DNA of 64,000 bases, from positions 16,926,001 through 16,990,000 of the forward strand of contig CM106585.1 in assembly GCA_048013815.1 (NCBI GenBank). The letters run 5' to 3'. The notes beneath the pieces are model-generated. The model did no database searches. It was given only the letters and a program-made list of their open reading frames with translations, and was not told the DNA's origin. Position 1 is the first letter of the stretch. Each line of letters opens with the position of its first letter. Origin of the DNA: Setoptus koraiensis (Eukaryota > Animalia > Arthropoda). Position numbers and translations under genes: made by a program. Shown here piece after piece: positions 11,297 through 23,698 of the stretch.

Positions 11297-13715
11297 TGTC
11301 TTGCGACTGCTGCCCGACCAGCTGATTGCGCCCGACCGACCAATTGGGACTGTTGCCCGACCGACCGTCTGTTTGGTCTTGGTGCGTGTGCCCGGCGCGT
11401 ACCCGGTGTGCCGAACTGTGTGTATAGTGAGTGTGTACAGTATATAGTGTAAAGTATGTAGTGTGGGGTGCGTACGCGGTTTGTGTGCGGGCCGGACACC
11501 GGCGGCGAAGTCTCAAAAATTGGCCCGAGACGCTGGCGTTTCCGTGCGCAAACAAAGACACTGGCGCATCAAACGGCACGGGTCAAGGGGCATAGGTCAG
11601 CCGAGCTGTCACAGTCGCAGTGTCCGGCTGTCGTTGTTGTCTTTGCTGTCGTTGTTGTAGCCGCTGTTGCTGTCGCTGTTGTCGCTGTTGTTGTCGTTGT
11701 CGCTGTTGTTGTTGCTGTTGTTGTCGCTGTTGTCGTCGATGCGGCCGCTTTGTTGCCGGTGAATGAACCCTCGCGGGCGCGATTGTTCATGTGCTCACTC
11801 ACCTGTGTCAATTTGATTGATTTCTCGCTGGCAAACAAACAAACGCGCTGCCCAAATCTGCTGTCTCTCGTGAGCGTTGGCCCATTGGCCAGACACGGCG
11901 ATTCGCTATGATCGGCGATTCTCTGGCTTCTGGCGGCGATTTTGCGGCGATTTTGCTGATTTTGCTATGATTTTGCTATGATTGTGCTATGATTTCGCTA
12001 TGATTTTGCTATGATTTTGCTGATTTCGCTCTGATTTTGCTGTGATGTTGCGACGATGCTGCGGCGATTGCGCGATGCTCTGCGGCGGTGACGGCGCCAC
12101 CGGCGGCCGATGCAACAAATATGATCTCGACTCGAGCGGGCAATATTTTGCCGCTCCGTGCACCGGTACACAAAGCCGTGCACGCCAATGCACGGTCTGA
12201 TGGTGTGCGAACGGAGCGTGTGTCGCTCGGATCAAGTTGCCCTGACAACGGGCCGCTCGTCGGTCTCGGTGGCACCGCCGGGCCGGCACGAATTTCTCGC
12301 TGCCGATTTTCGGTCGATTTCGGTCAATTTCTGTCTGTTTTCGGTCGATTTTCGGTCGATTTTCGGTCTGTCTTCGGTCTATTTCTGTCTGTTTTTGCTC
12401 GATTTTCGGCCAATTTCTGTCAGTTTTCTGCCTGACGGCGGCCGTGGACTCGCTCGGCGGCTCGCAATTTCAGTCAGACGCAATCTCAGGCGATCTCCAA
12501 CGATGGTGCACAAACTCAATCAGCAGCCGCTGAACAATGCTCACTAATGATTTAATTAGACGCCAACTGGCAACGCTGGCAACGGCGGCAGCAATCACCG
12601 TTGTTATTACTATCTGTTGTTATTGCTTGTGTGTTATTAACTGTATTATTTGCTGTTATTTGCTGTTATTGCGTCATCATTATTGCATCATCGCTCACTT
12701 ATTTTGTCAACATTGAGAGTTGAGAGTTGTGATTTTGTCTTGTTTTGTTCTGTCCGTTTGTTGCGCTGCTTGCGGCTTCTCGATTGCGCGATTCTTCGGC
12801 TCGATTCGGCTTCTGGCCTCGTTAACTAAAACGAACAGTTCATTAACAATCTCTCCAGAGTCTCAAGTCCATACTGACACACAATGGAAACTCAGAGCGC
12901 TCGCAACGGTCTAGCCAAGCTCGCCCGCAAAGCTCATAGACGGCCAGCAAACTATGGCGACGATGATGATGTTTTGATGGCAATGATGCGCAATTAAATT
13001 ATGCAACTCGCTGCTTTGCTGCTCACACGCTGACGTAACCGGATCACTTGGCTCGTTTGTCTATCATAACAAACAAGGGCAACAACTTTGGAGAACGACG
13101 GCAACAACTCTCACGGCATCGACAAAATGATTTTAGCGCCAGATTCACATATAAATACAATACAATACAATACGCATATAAAAATGCGCCATCACAGTCA
13201 GTCGGCCGCCGCGGCTCATTTTGTCGGGGCCGCGGCTCAGTTTGTCGGGGCCCGACATGCGCCCTGCACTGACTAGTGTCTTACATATCATAATAAATAT
13301 TGTGATACGACGCACACACACACGCATAAAACAAAGTTTGGGTCGTTATCTCGAGCGGCCCCATGTCGTGTCGGTTGTTGTGCCCAATCAATAGACGCTA
13401 TTGAATAGAGTCGCCGGCCGGAGCCCACAAAGCGCTGCAACCATCCGATGATCCCGACCGGCCCGAGCCGGCTGCGCCGGCGCCCGAGCGGGTCGGGCGT
13501 GCCCGCGGCCGAGGCACGCACAATCATGCGTGCGTAAACTGCATGCCATGGAGCTGCCATTTGGGCCGACCGATCGCGCTCGTGTTGTGCTGCGTGTGCA
13601 CGAGCACGGGATTCGCATCCGCACGCGAATCCGCGCACGAGTCCGCACCCGAGTACGCACTCAAACCCGCGTGCGGATCGTGCGCGAAATCGGGCCGACG
13701 CAGCGCGCGGCACCA

Positions 13716-13867
13716 AGCGAACCCGCAGAGCGATACCCAGCGAACCCGCAGAGCGATACCCAGCGAACCCGCAGAGCGATACCGAAAAACGCAGAGCGAT
13801 ACCAAAGAGCGACACCGAGAGCGACACCGAGAGCGATACCGAGAGCGATACCGAGAGCGATACCGAG
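13716..13867. repeat. Compound minisatellite built on GAGCGATAC
   Basis: 22-bp unit GCGAACCCGCAGAGCGATACCC about x3, then the 12-bp unit GAGCGA(T/C)ACCGA about x5. Confidence 0.85.
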
Positions 13868-15674
13868 CAACGCAGAGGGCGATGTCAAGCGAACCGCGAG
13901 CGGCGCCGTGTCCGATACTGGCGGTCGTATTACGTAACAATAAAGCAAAGTGCTAGATTGTATCCAGCGGCAGCGCGTGCAAATTGACGGTGGCAATGGC
14001 GCTGCACGCGCCGTATTCATGTGCACGCGGCACGCGCATCCAAGTGGACGCATAGCGACGTTGGCGGCGACGTTGGCGGCGACGTTGGCGGCGCTGGCGA
14101 GCTCGCGAACGCAAGTCGCTGCGGTCGCTATAACTACTGGGTCGCTATAGCACCGCGCCGGCGGCGCTGGCGACACGGGCGTCACTGGCGGCCACGCCGG
14201 CGCCATCGCAGGGGGCCCATGCGGCCCTCGGCCGCACAGCCGCACGGACAGGCGGCCCCACGGTCGAGCAGCTAAATGGCCGAACAGTCGAATGGCCGAA
14301 CAGTCGAATGGCCGAACAGTCGAATGGCCGAATAGCCACGTTAACATAACACGTTACACGGCGACGGCCTCGGTAAATGGCTCGACGCGATGGCTCAGTG
14401 TGCGCTTCCGAGCGATTGCCTGTGGGGCCCCAGAGAGCCGCTCTGGCGCGAGTCAGCGCCAGTCGGCGGGCCCCAAATAGCTTCGGCGGCTGGCTGAGTG
14501 AGCCAGCGAATTCAGGTCAAACGCGAAAAGAGCGCTGGGCACAGATTAGCCCGAGCCGAAACAATGAATATACATGGCTCGCTGTTATTAATATATAAAT
14601 TGGGTGTGGTGAGTGGCGCCAACGAGCGCTCGCGCTGGCCTTCGACTCGAAGGCTTCGAGAGCCGCTGGCTTTTATCGGATAAGCGGTCAGCGGCGCTCG
14701 AAGGCCAGCAATTTGGCCGGCCGGCCGCGCCGACTGGCAGCCGACGTGCCCGCTAACTGCCCGTTGGTTGTTATGGCGACGGCCGGCCCCCGAGCCGCGC
14801 CGCGCCGCCCCGAGCCACTCAGCCGCTCACCTGGGCCGGCTGAGTGGCTCGGCTGGGCTGTTGGCGTGCGCTTAGCGGTCGCAACAAATGTGACACAATG
14901 TGTACATAATGAGAGGGGCCCGTCACAATAGTGTGCATAATTAGAGGACTTGTTGAGGTGTGTCCCGTGGCACCTATGGCCGCATTATGGCTTGCGCAAC
15001 GCATATAGCTCGTGCGACATTTGGCCTTGGCCGGCCCGTGGCAGCTCGCGGCGGCTTGCGGCGACTGGCGGCGGCTTGCGGCGGCTGGCGGCAATGGGCC
15101 AGGACTAAAGTGCGCTTATTTGATTAGAGCCGGCTGGAAATGAGCAGGTAAATGGGGCTGTCCGAGCGGCTCGTAATGGGTGTATAATAGCGTGATAAAT
15201 GGCGCTTATATTATTGATCATGATCAAACGAGCGGCTGGCCGCATTTAATTTTGTTTGGGGATTCCGCTCGGCCGGCCCGCTAGCGTTGCGTTGCGGCCG
15301 GCGAGCCGCGCACAGTTTGTGTCGCCGGCCGTCGAGGGTCGCCACCGTGCGGCCGACCATTGCTCGCCGGCGACGAGCACGCGCTGCCACGCGCTGCCAC
15401 GAGCTGCCACGAGCAGCGACCGACAACGAGCGGCGACCGACAACGAGCAGCGACCGACAACGAGCAACGACAACGGCACCGTGTAGCCATACATCACCTG
15501 TTCAGTGTTTAGCGCTTGTCGTGTGTGTGTGTGTGCGCGTCGCTCGGTGGGCCGTGTCTATCGAGAGATTAGTCCGGTCAAGTTAATTAGTTTAGCTTAT
15601 CTTGATCGCTCGTGCAAGACACACACTATTAAACACTATTGCACGACACACCCACTGTTAGTCGGACGCCGCGC

Positions 15675-15754
15675 GGCCAGATCGAGCGGCGGGGGGCCCC
15701 CGCCGCTCGATCCGGCCAATTACCGAATGGGGGGCAGGCGGGCGGGGGGGGGGG
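15675..15754. other. GC-rich near-perfect palindrome followed by a G-quadruplex-type G-run cluster
   Basis: GATCGAGCGGCGGGGG-g-CCCCCGCCGCTCGATC (16-bp arms, 15680-15712), flanked by GGCC on both sides; then G6-CAGGC-G3-C-G11 (15729-15754). Confidence 0.85.
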
Positions 15755-18700
15755 CGCTATTGCTTAATAGATTGCAGACAGGTGTAAGCGAGCTGTTGAG
15801 CGCCGTTATAATCAAAGGCTCGCATTGCGTAACTGGCACCAATATATTGCTGATATTACATAACATTGACTGCTAGCCAGCTAGCGGCTAGCATTACATA
15901 ATAGGTCTTGTTTGGCGCTTGTTATTATGTAATGCGCCGTGTAGCGCGTGTGTGTCACGCGAACAATATTGCCCAATATCGCCCGATATTGGCCCGCGTT
16001 TTGCCTAATATTGGCCCGCGTGTTGCTTGGCATCGTGGCCCGTGCGGCCGATATTGCGTTGCGCTGTAAATTACTGTGCTGTATATTGCCCATAATGCCC
16101 ACCGAATATCCGGATAATGCACCGAACATCACTGGCGAATATCTGGATATCGCCAGCGGATGTCTGAGTGCCGCCAGCGAATATCCGATATCGGGAGTCG
16201 CATTGTCGTATTGCCGGCTATCTTGCCACCATACATGCGCCGGGCACGCTATCTGTTTGGGGGCCCAAATTATTTTTCTTTATTTTATTTTTTATTCAAC
16301 TTGTGCCTCACCTCGGTCTGTGTTATTGCCATTGCGCGCGCGTGTGCCACTACTGGATCGTAACAGTGCGCGCCCAATGTCAATGGTGATATATGCACGC
16401 TCAATGGGATATATCTATATATACATATGCGTACGTGTGCGATATGAGCCATGGGTGGCATACAAGCCATATAACACAATAATACAAGTGCATGCTGGCT
16501 GTACTTGTAATTGCGCAATAGTTCATTGGGGCCCCTCTGCACGCGGAATCGCTTCAACTGCCTTCGTCGTTCTCGCATTATAACTCTCATATTGTATATG
16601 AGAGTTGCTCTCGCCGGGCCGGCCCGCGTCCGCCCATGCCCGACCATTGGGGCCCGCCAGCGGCCACAACCACACGCACACTAGCCGCCGCCAGTATCCA
16701 GCCGCCGCCAGTACCCTCCAGCCGCCAGTACCCTGCAGCCGCCAGTACCCTGCCGCCAGCCGCTAACTAGCTACGGGGCAGCCGCGGAATCAAGTCGCGC
16801 AAGTCGCCATTTGCTCGATGTGGTCGCTATATGACTCATATAATATGAGACGGCCCGATATCGAGGCGCGTATATAGTGTCGCGGGTACATGTCGCGCGC
16901 ATATCCGCGACAAGCCCGCGCTACGTCCGCGACAGGCCCGCGACAGGCCCGCGACAAACCCGCGATATATCCGCGGGTAGCGGATCCATTTAATTTCCTA
17001 CGCATACAACAAGCAGCCAGCGAGAGGGGGCCACCTTTGCGCTGCAGTTTACACAGGCTCGCAGTTTGTTTGCACACTATCTCGTTTCCACCGGCTCACA
17101 TTTGGGCAATCGCTCGCTTACATGTACCCCATAGTATGAGGCCCAGGCAATCCGAAGCATGGGCACACAATAATATGGGCCCCATGTACACGCCGTACCT
17201 CACGTGCACCCCGTACCCCATACGCAGCCGGTTTTGCATTGTCTTTGTTTTACATGCTGAGTGTGGTACATTGATTTCGGTTAGTGGCGTTCGGTGAGCC
17301 GTCATTGCGACAATTTCACTGGTATTCACTGGTATTTCCCTTGATGGCGGTATCACCGGATTTTAGATGAGCCTGTGCCCAGTTATCCATCGATTGGCTG
17401 GTTGGCATTTTTTATGCAAATTGGTCGGTGTTCAACGATGATCGCTCCATGATTTTGCGCCACGCTGCCATTACGTCACAAAACACGTCGCTTGTCGCTT
17501 GTCACTCGATATCGTTGGCGCTGTCACTGTTGACCATTTCAACTTGACCAGTAAGCAGCCACAAACAGCTGACTGGTGCGAATATGATTTGACATTGTGA
17601 GCGACATGTGAGCCTCATCATGTGAGCCAAGCTCACCTGGATGACTCATCCATAATGAGTGATCGATGGCGAGCCGGTCAGCGGGCGCCATTCAGCAGCT
17701 TGATCAATTCATGCAAGAATCGTTTTATGCAATCGGTTGACCATTGGGCAAAACTATGAGCAGCAATTTGATTTTGTTCGTTTGCTTGTTTGCCTGTTTG
17801 TTTGTTTGCAGCTTGTTGTACATTACATTACGTAACATTGCATGGCATTACATAACATTGCATAACAATGCATAACATTGCGTTGGATGGGCCATGAATC
17901 GTTGGCGTTGTCCGATTGGCCGGGCCAAGTGCATTTGCCTGTTCGCACACCATTGCACCAAGTGGTTAAGTAGGCAGTGTTACGTAACACAACGGCACAA
18001 CAAACATAATTAATGAAATGAATGCGCACAGCGATAATGCGCATCGATGCCCAGCGAGCAGCGAAATAAGTCGACCGGCACAACTGTGCACTTGTCGCCA
18101 GCAGCCCGCTCTCTGGCTGCCCGCTCTCTAGCGGGCCGGTCTGGGGCAACACGGTCTGCGGCGGGCCGGTCTGTGGCAGACTGTGGCGGCGACCGGACCG
18201 TTGTGACTGGCACACTGTTTGCGACACGCGCACACTGTTCCACGAACAGTGTTTGCCGATTGAATCATTTATCATTTGACAGTTATTTACAGCGAGCGTA
18301 TATTGTATATTGTTGATACAATTGTATTTTTATCAAACTGGCCACATACATGCACTGCGCGCTGGCATACGACACACGAGTATTATATGATTAAATGTGG
18401 CAAGTTGTGGCAAGTTGCGCGAGTGACAAGTGCAAGTTTGTTACAAGCCAAGGTGAGCAAACTAATGAACTGGCGCTTGTGCGATACGAGTTGCGTCGGT
18501 GCGCCTAGCTTGCCAATCGCGCCTAGCTTGCCAATTGCGCTGTGCAGCTCGCCAATTGCGCTGTGCAGCTGTCAAGCGCTTATTATGCAATTGCCGCTAT
18601 CGCAACTTGTCAGCAACAATCGCGGGGCCAACGACAGCAACAAACAAACCGAATATGCTAATTTCTTCTATTTCGACTCTGTTGGGCGCTCTGCAGCGGC

Positions 18701-20916
18701 CGACACAGCAGCGCCTCTATGGTCAGTGGGTTTGTTTCAAGGGGCACTGGACGTGGCATTGGCATTGTCGGCTCGTTGCGCCGACTGCAGGCCGGCGTGT
18801 AGCACGTACTGCGTGGCGCAAGTAAATCACGCTCGACACAAACGCTTGCATTTGCATTTGGCTCGCTCGGTGGCGCTCAACAATCGCATTCAACGCTGCA
18901 CCGTCAATACTATTGACTCGGCGCTCGGTGCCGCGCTGATTCAATAGAGCATAACAAGTGTTGCTGTTGTTGTTGTCGCGCGCCTCGTCCACAATCACGT
19001 GCCCATTCATGATAATCACCTTGCTGCGTCGAGTTGGCCGTCGAGTTTGCCGTCGAGTTTGTTGTCTAGCTTGTCGTCGAGCCAGTTGCCGAGACGCGAC
19101 AAATCGCCAGCAAAGCGGGCGACAAACTGGCCTCGTGCGAGCACTAACAAGCGCCATTTGCGCCCCACCAGCGACACCGACACCGACACCGACACCAACA
19201 CCGACAACAATACACACATGGGTGCATATACGCAAATACGCTGCGGATAGCGCGCAAACCGGTAGTAATAATGACGCTGACCAAACGAAATATTAACGAA
19301 ACACTAGCGACAGTTGTCGTCACTTGCACGCGCCAAGTCAAGTGTCGCCCGTGTCACTTCCGTTTTGCCACTTGCCGGCCAGCGGGCGCTTACTTGTTCG
19401 CGCTGGCCTGCACAGTGTGTGTGTGTGCAAACTGTGCAACTTGTGCAAATGGCGAGCTGCAAATGATGCCAACCGCCGTCGCCGTCCAACAATATCGACA
19501 TTGTAACAACACACACATTGCTACAACTGTCCACTGTTGGTCGCTTTTTTGCCAAGCTCGCCAGGCTCATTAGCCGTCAACATTGGCGGCCCCATAGCAT
19601 TGTACATGGTGTAGCTAAGTATGGTGCAATATCCGTGTAGCCTCATACTGTAACACACTTATATATTATAACACTGTTACACACATATCGCTGTATCGTA
19701 TCATCATTATGTGAACGCCATGTTCACCATTTCGACATCGATAGCCGCCTAGACAGCAAATTGTTATTACAGTGTATCAGCTGACTTGTGTCGATACAAA
19801 TTTGCTTGACGGCTATTTTGTCGGTTTGCTTTGCGCCTCGCACTTGCCTCTGTCTGCCAACTCGAAAGAAATTGTGCAGTTGTATGCATGTCATCACTGT
19901 TGTTTGGCCCCATTCAATGTAGCATAAAGTTATCACAAAGTTTAGGTAGTGTCCACACTGGAATGCGACACCAAAAGGGGCCAGGTCTCGCCTGGGCCCC
20001 TTGAATCATCTCTGGGCTTTTGTACTTTGTGCCTAAATTGACAGTTTTGTCAGTTTTGTGTGTGATCATATGCACTGTAGAGGGCGATATGTCCAATTCG
20101 ATTGCGTAATTAGCCGAGCTCTTTTCTAGTCATACACACACAGTGTCCAATCTGAATGCAAGCCACCAAAAACCATGCTATTATGTATATATCCAGTGGC
20201 CAACACGATTGAATTTGGTGAGGGATCGATTAGTGTTGAGCGTTGACATTTGTCGTACGCTGTGCATATGCACAATAGAATTTTGCGAGTCTTTAATCAG
20301 TGTTTAATTAGGGCAAAACATGATTTGCCCGTCCATCATGGTACTACCATGGTAGTGTTTGGAAAAATCCACACAAAATTATCCAAGGCATTGATTGAAT
20401 CGATTCGGATTGAGTGCCCAGTTGATCCCTATACTATACAGTACAGTATGTCTCTCATGGCCAATGCAATCAAGTCATTGATTCGCATTTGCCGCTATAG
20501 AGATACCGGCTTTATTGGATTATGTCATCAGATTGGATAGAAACAGATTTAAACCAAGGCCATTCGTCGCCTTTATTGAGATTTCGATCACACTTTGTGA
20601 GGGCAGAATAGGGTCTCCTCTTTTACACTCCCGAAATTCGGGACCCGAATGAGCTCTTTGAATTTGGCGCCAATATGCCGAATTGTGCAATATTTTTCTC
20701 GATAAATATCATAAATTCACGTGATGCCGATACGTTCAGCCAAAATACACATTTATCCAGTATTTACACAGATACTACAATTATTGTTGTTATGTAAACA
20801 TCCATCTTTTGGCTTCATCACACCATCCGGACAATGATTGAACAATGATTTAAACCCTGGTCTCCACCATCACTATTTGGCAACTTTTATTCGCATGCAC
20901 CTTGCACCCACGGCCC

Positions 20917-21792
20917 ATGGACCCAACTTACAGGGCTTACTCGCCCGATGGCATTTATTATGAGCCCAGTGGCACCAGCAACAACAATCATCTATTCAGC
21001 AGCAACAATTGTGAGACTCAAGCATGTATTTACATTGATTCTAGGACACCCATAACAATCGAAATCCCCTTACCACCAGAACGAGTGACTCTGGCTGATT
21101 TTAAGATAGCCTCAGGATTGGATCACAATAACACGCTATATAAATACTTTTTTAAAACTGAAGACAGCGATTTCGGTATAGTGAAAGAGGCCATATCTGA
21201 CGATTTTGCCCCCCTACCAATGTTCAGAGGACGCATTGTTGCCTGGGTCCTCACAGAAAACATGGGTCCCAGCTGGCGCAACACGACAGCAGACTATCCC
21301 AACAATAGGTATGACACTTTACATAATAATGCTGTCAGCTACCCTGTATTGCCGCCAGCGTGTGCCACTAGTCCACGGCCATCATCTGTCGATGAGACAA
21401 CAGGTAGCAGTAATATGGGAAATTTCAACACACGATTAGGAGGATCACTGAGGTCCTATGACCGTTGTAACCCATCACCGACCATGCACAAAGATAAAAT
21501 TGATATTATCAAGGTTGTCCAAACAATGATGTTGCCAACATCAGGTTTAGAGGTCAAAGATAGAGAGTGGCTCAAGATAACAGTGCCAAAAGCATTCCTT
21601 GGCTCAGATGTCGTACAATGGTTAGAGAAAAATGTCTCTGGCTTTCAAAATAGACGGGACATAAAAAACTATGCCAGTCGAATGTTAGAATTGGGCTACG
21701 TCAAAGATATGATAGCATCTAAATCTTTTTCTGAAAGGTGCTACTACGTGTTCGCCAATAACATTTTGTCCGGTAAAGTGACATCATCCTAA
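20917..21792 (+). CDS. dsh: Dishevelled-like protein with DIX and DEP domains but no PDZ, single exon
   Basis: DIX: RVTLADFK...YKYFFKTEDSDFGIVKEAISDDFAPLPMFRGRIVAWV. DEP: SGLEVKDREWLKITVPKAFLGSDVVQWL...FSERCYYVF. First ATG at 20917 (CCCATGG). The symbol marks family membership; orthology is not established. Confidence 0.85.
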   Translation: MDPTYRAYSPDGIYYEPSGTSNNNHLFSSNNCETQACIYIDSRTPITIEIPLPPERVTLADFKIASGLDHNNTLYKYFFKTEDSDFGIVKEAISDDFAPLPMFRGRIVAWVLTENMGPSWRNTTADYPNNRYDTLHNNAVSYPVLPPACATSPRPSSVDETTGSSNMGNFNTRLGGSLRSYDRCNPSPTMHKDKIDIIKVVQTMMLPTSGLEVKDREWLKITVPKAFLGSDVVQWLEKNVSGFQNRRDIKNYASRMLELGYVKDMIASKSFSERCYYVFANNILSGKVTSS

Positions 21793-22279
21793 TACCGACT
21801 CTCTAAAGTCTTTGAATGCAAGTTTCCTAAAGTTTGTTTCATGGGTCATTATTTATTTATGCACACAACACAATAAATCCTGAGACAATTTCTTTTTTTA
21901 GTTTAAGACTGCAAGCAATTCGTCTGAGCAACTACGAAAATATTGATAAGAAGTCAATGTATAATTTCAGATATATACAATTAGAGTCACCTGAATTGAA
22001 TCCAATAAATGGGACTTTTCTCATTTTTTACAGCCAAAACACTTATGATGTGGATTGATTTTTATATCTGTTAAGATATACAAATTGTTACTCTTGTTCT
22101 GTGTCTCATATATACTACATTTTATAAATATGGGATATGTTTCAGAAGGTGTGTATCGATCAAAGTAGCAACCAACGTAGTAGTACTGTTCATGCCTAAC
22201 TCATGAAGGACAATTGTTGATCAACTATGACGATTTATAAATAGTGTGATGTATAAATACTGGATTATCCATCTAAAGT

Positions 22280-23698
22280 TTAGTTTGCCTGACAAAATGC
22301 ACTGAACGTCATGATTTGCTCCATGTTTTTCTTTGCCGTTGATGTATGATTTTCTGATTCTTGTTTTGGCTGTTGGGAATTTGATATGGTGCTGCTGTTG
22401 TTATTTGTGTCGTCTCCGAAAGCAGCCGAACCGTTATAGTGATCAGGGCAACTGTATCCTCTTTTGCATTGACACAATATGTTTGTTGTGACATCTTCAA
22501 TGTTGAATGGTAGTTTTCTAACCGAATACAATTTGCAAGGCTCTTTACGCTGACACTTCAATCTAGTCTCTGGCGAACAAGCAAACGAGTAGATGTAGTC
22601 ATTTTGATTATCAGGCTTGTTGTTGTCGTTGTTGTTATTAGTTACAGTTGATTGCTGTTGTGATGTATTATTCAATGAACGATGATCTCGTAGATAAGCA
22701 ACACTGTTTGCGGGGCATTTACAATGAACATGCTGACTAATAGAATTATCCGTGGAATGCTTAATTAGTGTCCATGTGATATCATTGAAATAGGCGCAAG
22801 TTGGCAAATCTTTTGTTGATTCGCACAATTTTAATTGTTTGCTTGCATCAACTCTGATTGTTTTGCCGTCACTGGCATCTAGCGACATGGAACACTGACT
22901 ATTCTTGCATCTACACTGTCTCTCTAGCCACGGTTCTTGGCTGTTGAATGTGTCGATTTTGTTACAAACTGAATAGGGTTCACAATATCTCAATTCAACT
23001 TCTTTGCTTATGTTGACTGGATACACCAATTTTATGGGCGGCGTTGGTATCATGATACTGCTACTACTACTAAATAGTTGTTGTTGTTTTCTCAGATTAT
23101 CAACGCTATCTTGCAATGTTTCATTGAGTTCATCATTGTCAGATACACTATAGTCATCGTCATCGGTGTCTTCACTGGCGCTTGCGCCAATACTGTCATC
23201 GTTGGACACTGTATCATTGAGATTGGCATTAGTGTTTGAATTGTAAACACGATTGTTGTCGTCATTATTATTGGGTGTGCCAACAACTTGGCTCGATGAG
23301 TCTCGATTATTATCGCGCTGACTACTACTACTGCTAATTAGTGTAACAAGATAATTAAATTGTTCGTCAGTAACTATTGTATTGTCCTTGTTGCGTGTCG
23401 TTGTTTTGCTCGGCGTAATTGTGTTGAAATTGACCAATCTACTGGCGGCCAATTGTTGTTGCTGCTGATACTTCATGTTGGTGTTGTCGTGTTGAGGCTC
23501 CGGCTCGATGAACGATGAGGTCCGGTCTGCTGTTGGGAGGCCATTGAGTTTGCTTGTGGCCGATGTAGAGCTATCAACTACACATTCGAGCGTATGCAAA
23601 TTGTTCAAGATAATCAATGAGCAAACTAGCACAAGCCTGGCCACACAACAGCCACCGTTGCTAGTGCTATAGCTGTTTATAGGTGAGCACTTGTCCAT
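22280..23698 (-). CDS. aos: Argos (giant-lens), secreted EGFR-ligand antagonist, 472 aa, single exon
   Basis: N-terminal signal peptide, low-complexity acidic/Asn linker, then the Argos Cys pattern CEPYSVCNKIDT...WLERQCRC...CSMSLDASDG...HCKCP...YSFACSP...CQRKEPCKLYSV...LCQC...C. Confidence 0.9.
   Translation of the reverse strand: MDKCSPINSYSTSNGGCCVARLVLVCSLIILNNLHTLECVVDSSTSATSKLNGLPTADRTSSFIEPEPQHDNTNMKYQQQQQLAASRLVNFNTITPSKTTTRNKDNTIVTDEQFNYLVTLISSSSSQRDNNRDSSSQVVGTPNNNDDNNRVYNSNTNANLNDTVSNDDSIGASASEDTDDDDYSVSDNDELNETLQDSVDNLRKQQQLFSSSSSIMIPTPPIKLVYPVNISKEVELRYCEPYSVCNKIDTFNSQEPWLERQCRCKNSQCSMSLDASDGKTIRVDASKQLKLCESTKDLPTCAYFNDITWTLIKHSTDNSISQHVHCKCPANSVAYLRDHRSLNNTSQQQSTVTNNNNDNNKPDNQNDYIYSFACSPETRLKCQRKEPCKLYSVRKLPFNIEDVTTNILCQCKRGYSCPDHYNGSAAFGDDTNNNSSTISNSQQPKQESENHTSTAKKNMEQIMTFSAFCQAN

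Noticed and set aside
11400-19600. The many 60-230 aa ORFs in the GC-rich region
   Set aside because: They overlap in several frames and both strands, are driven by repeats and stop-poor composition, and contain no recognisable motif.
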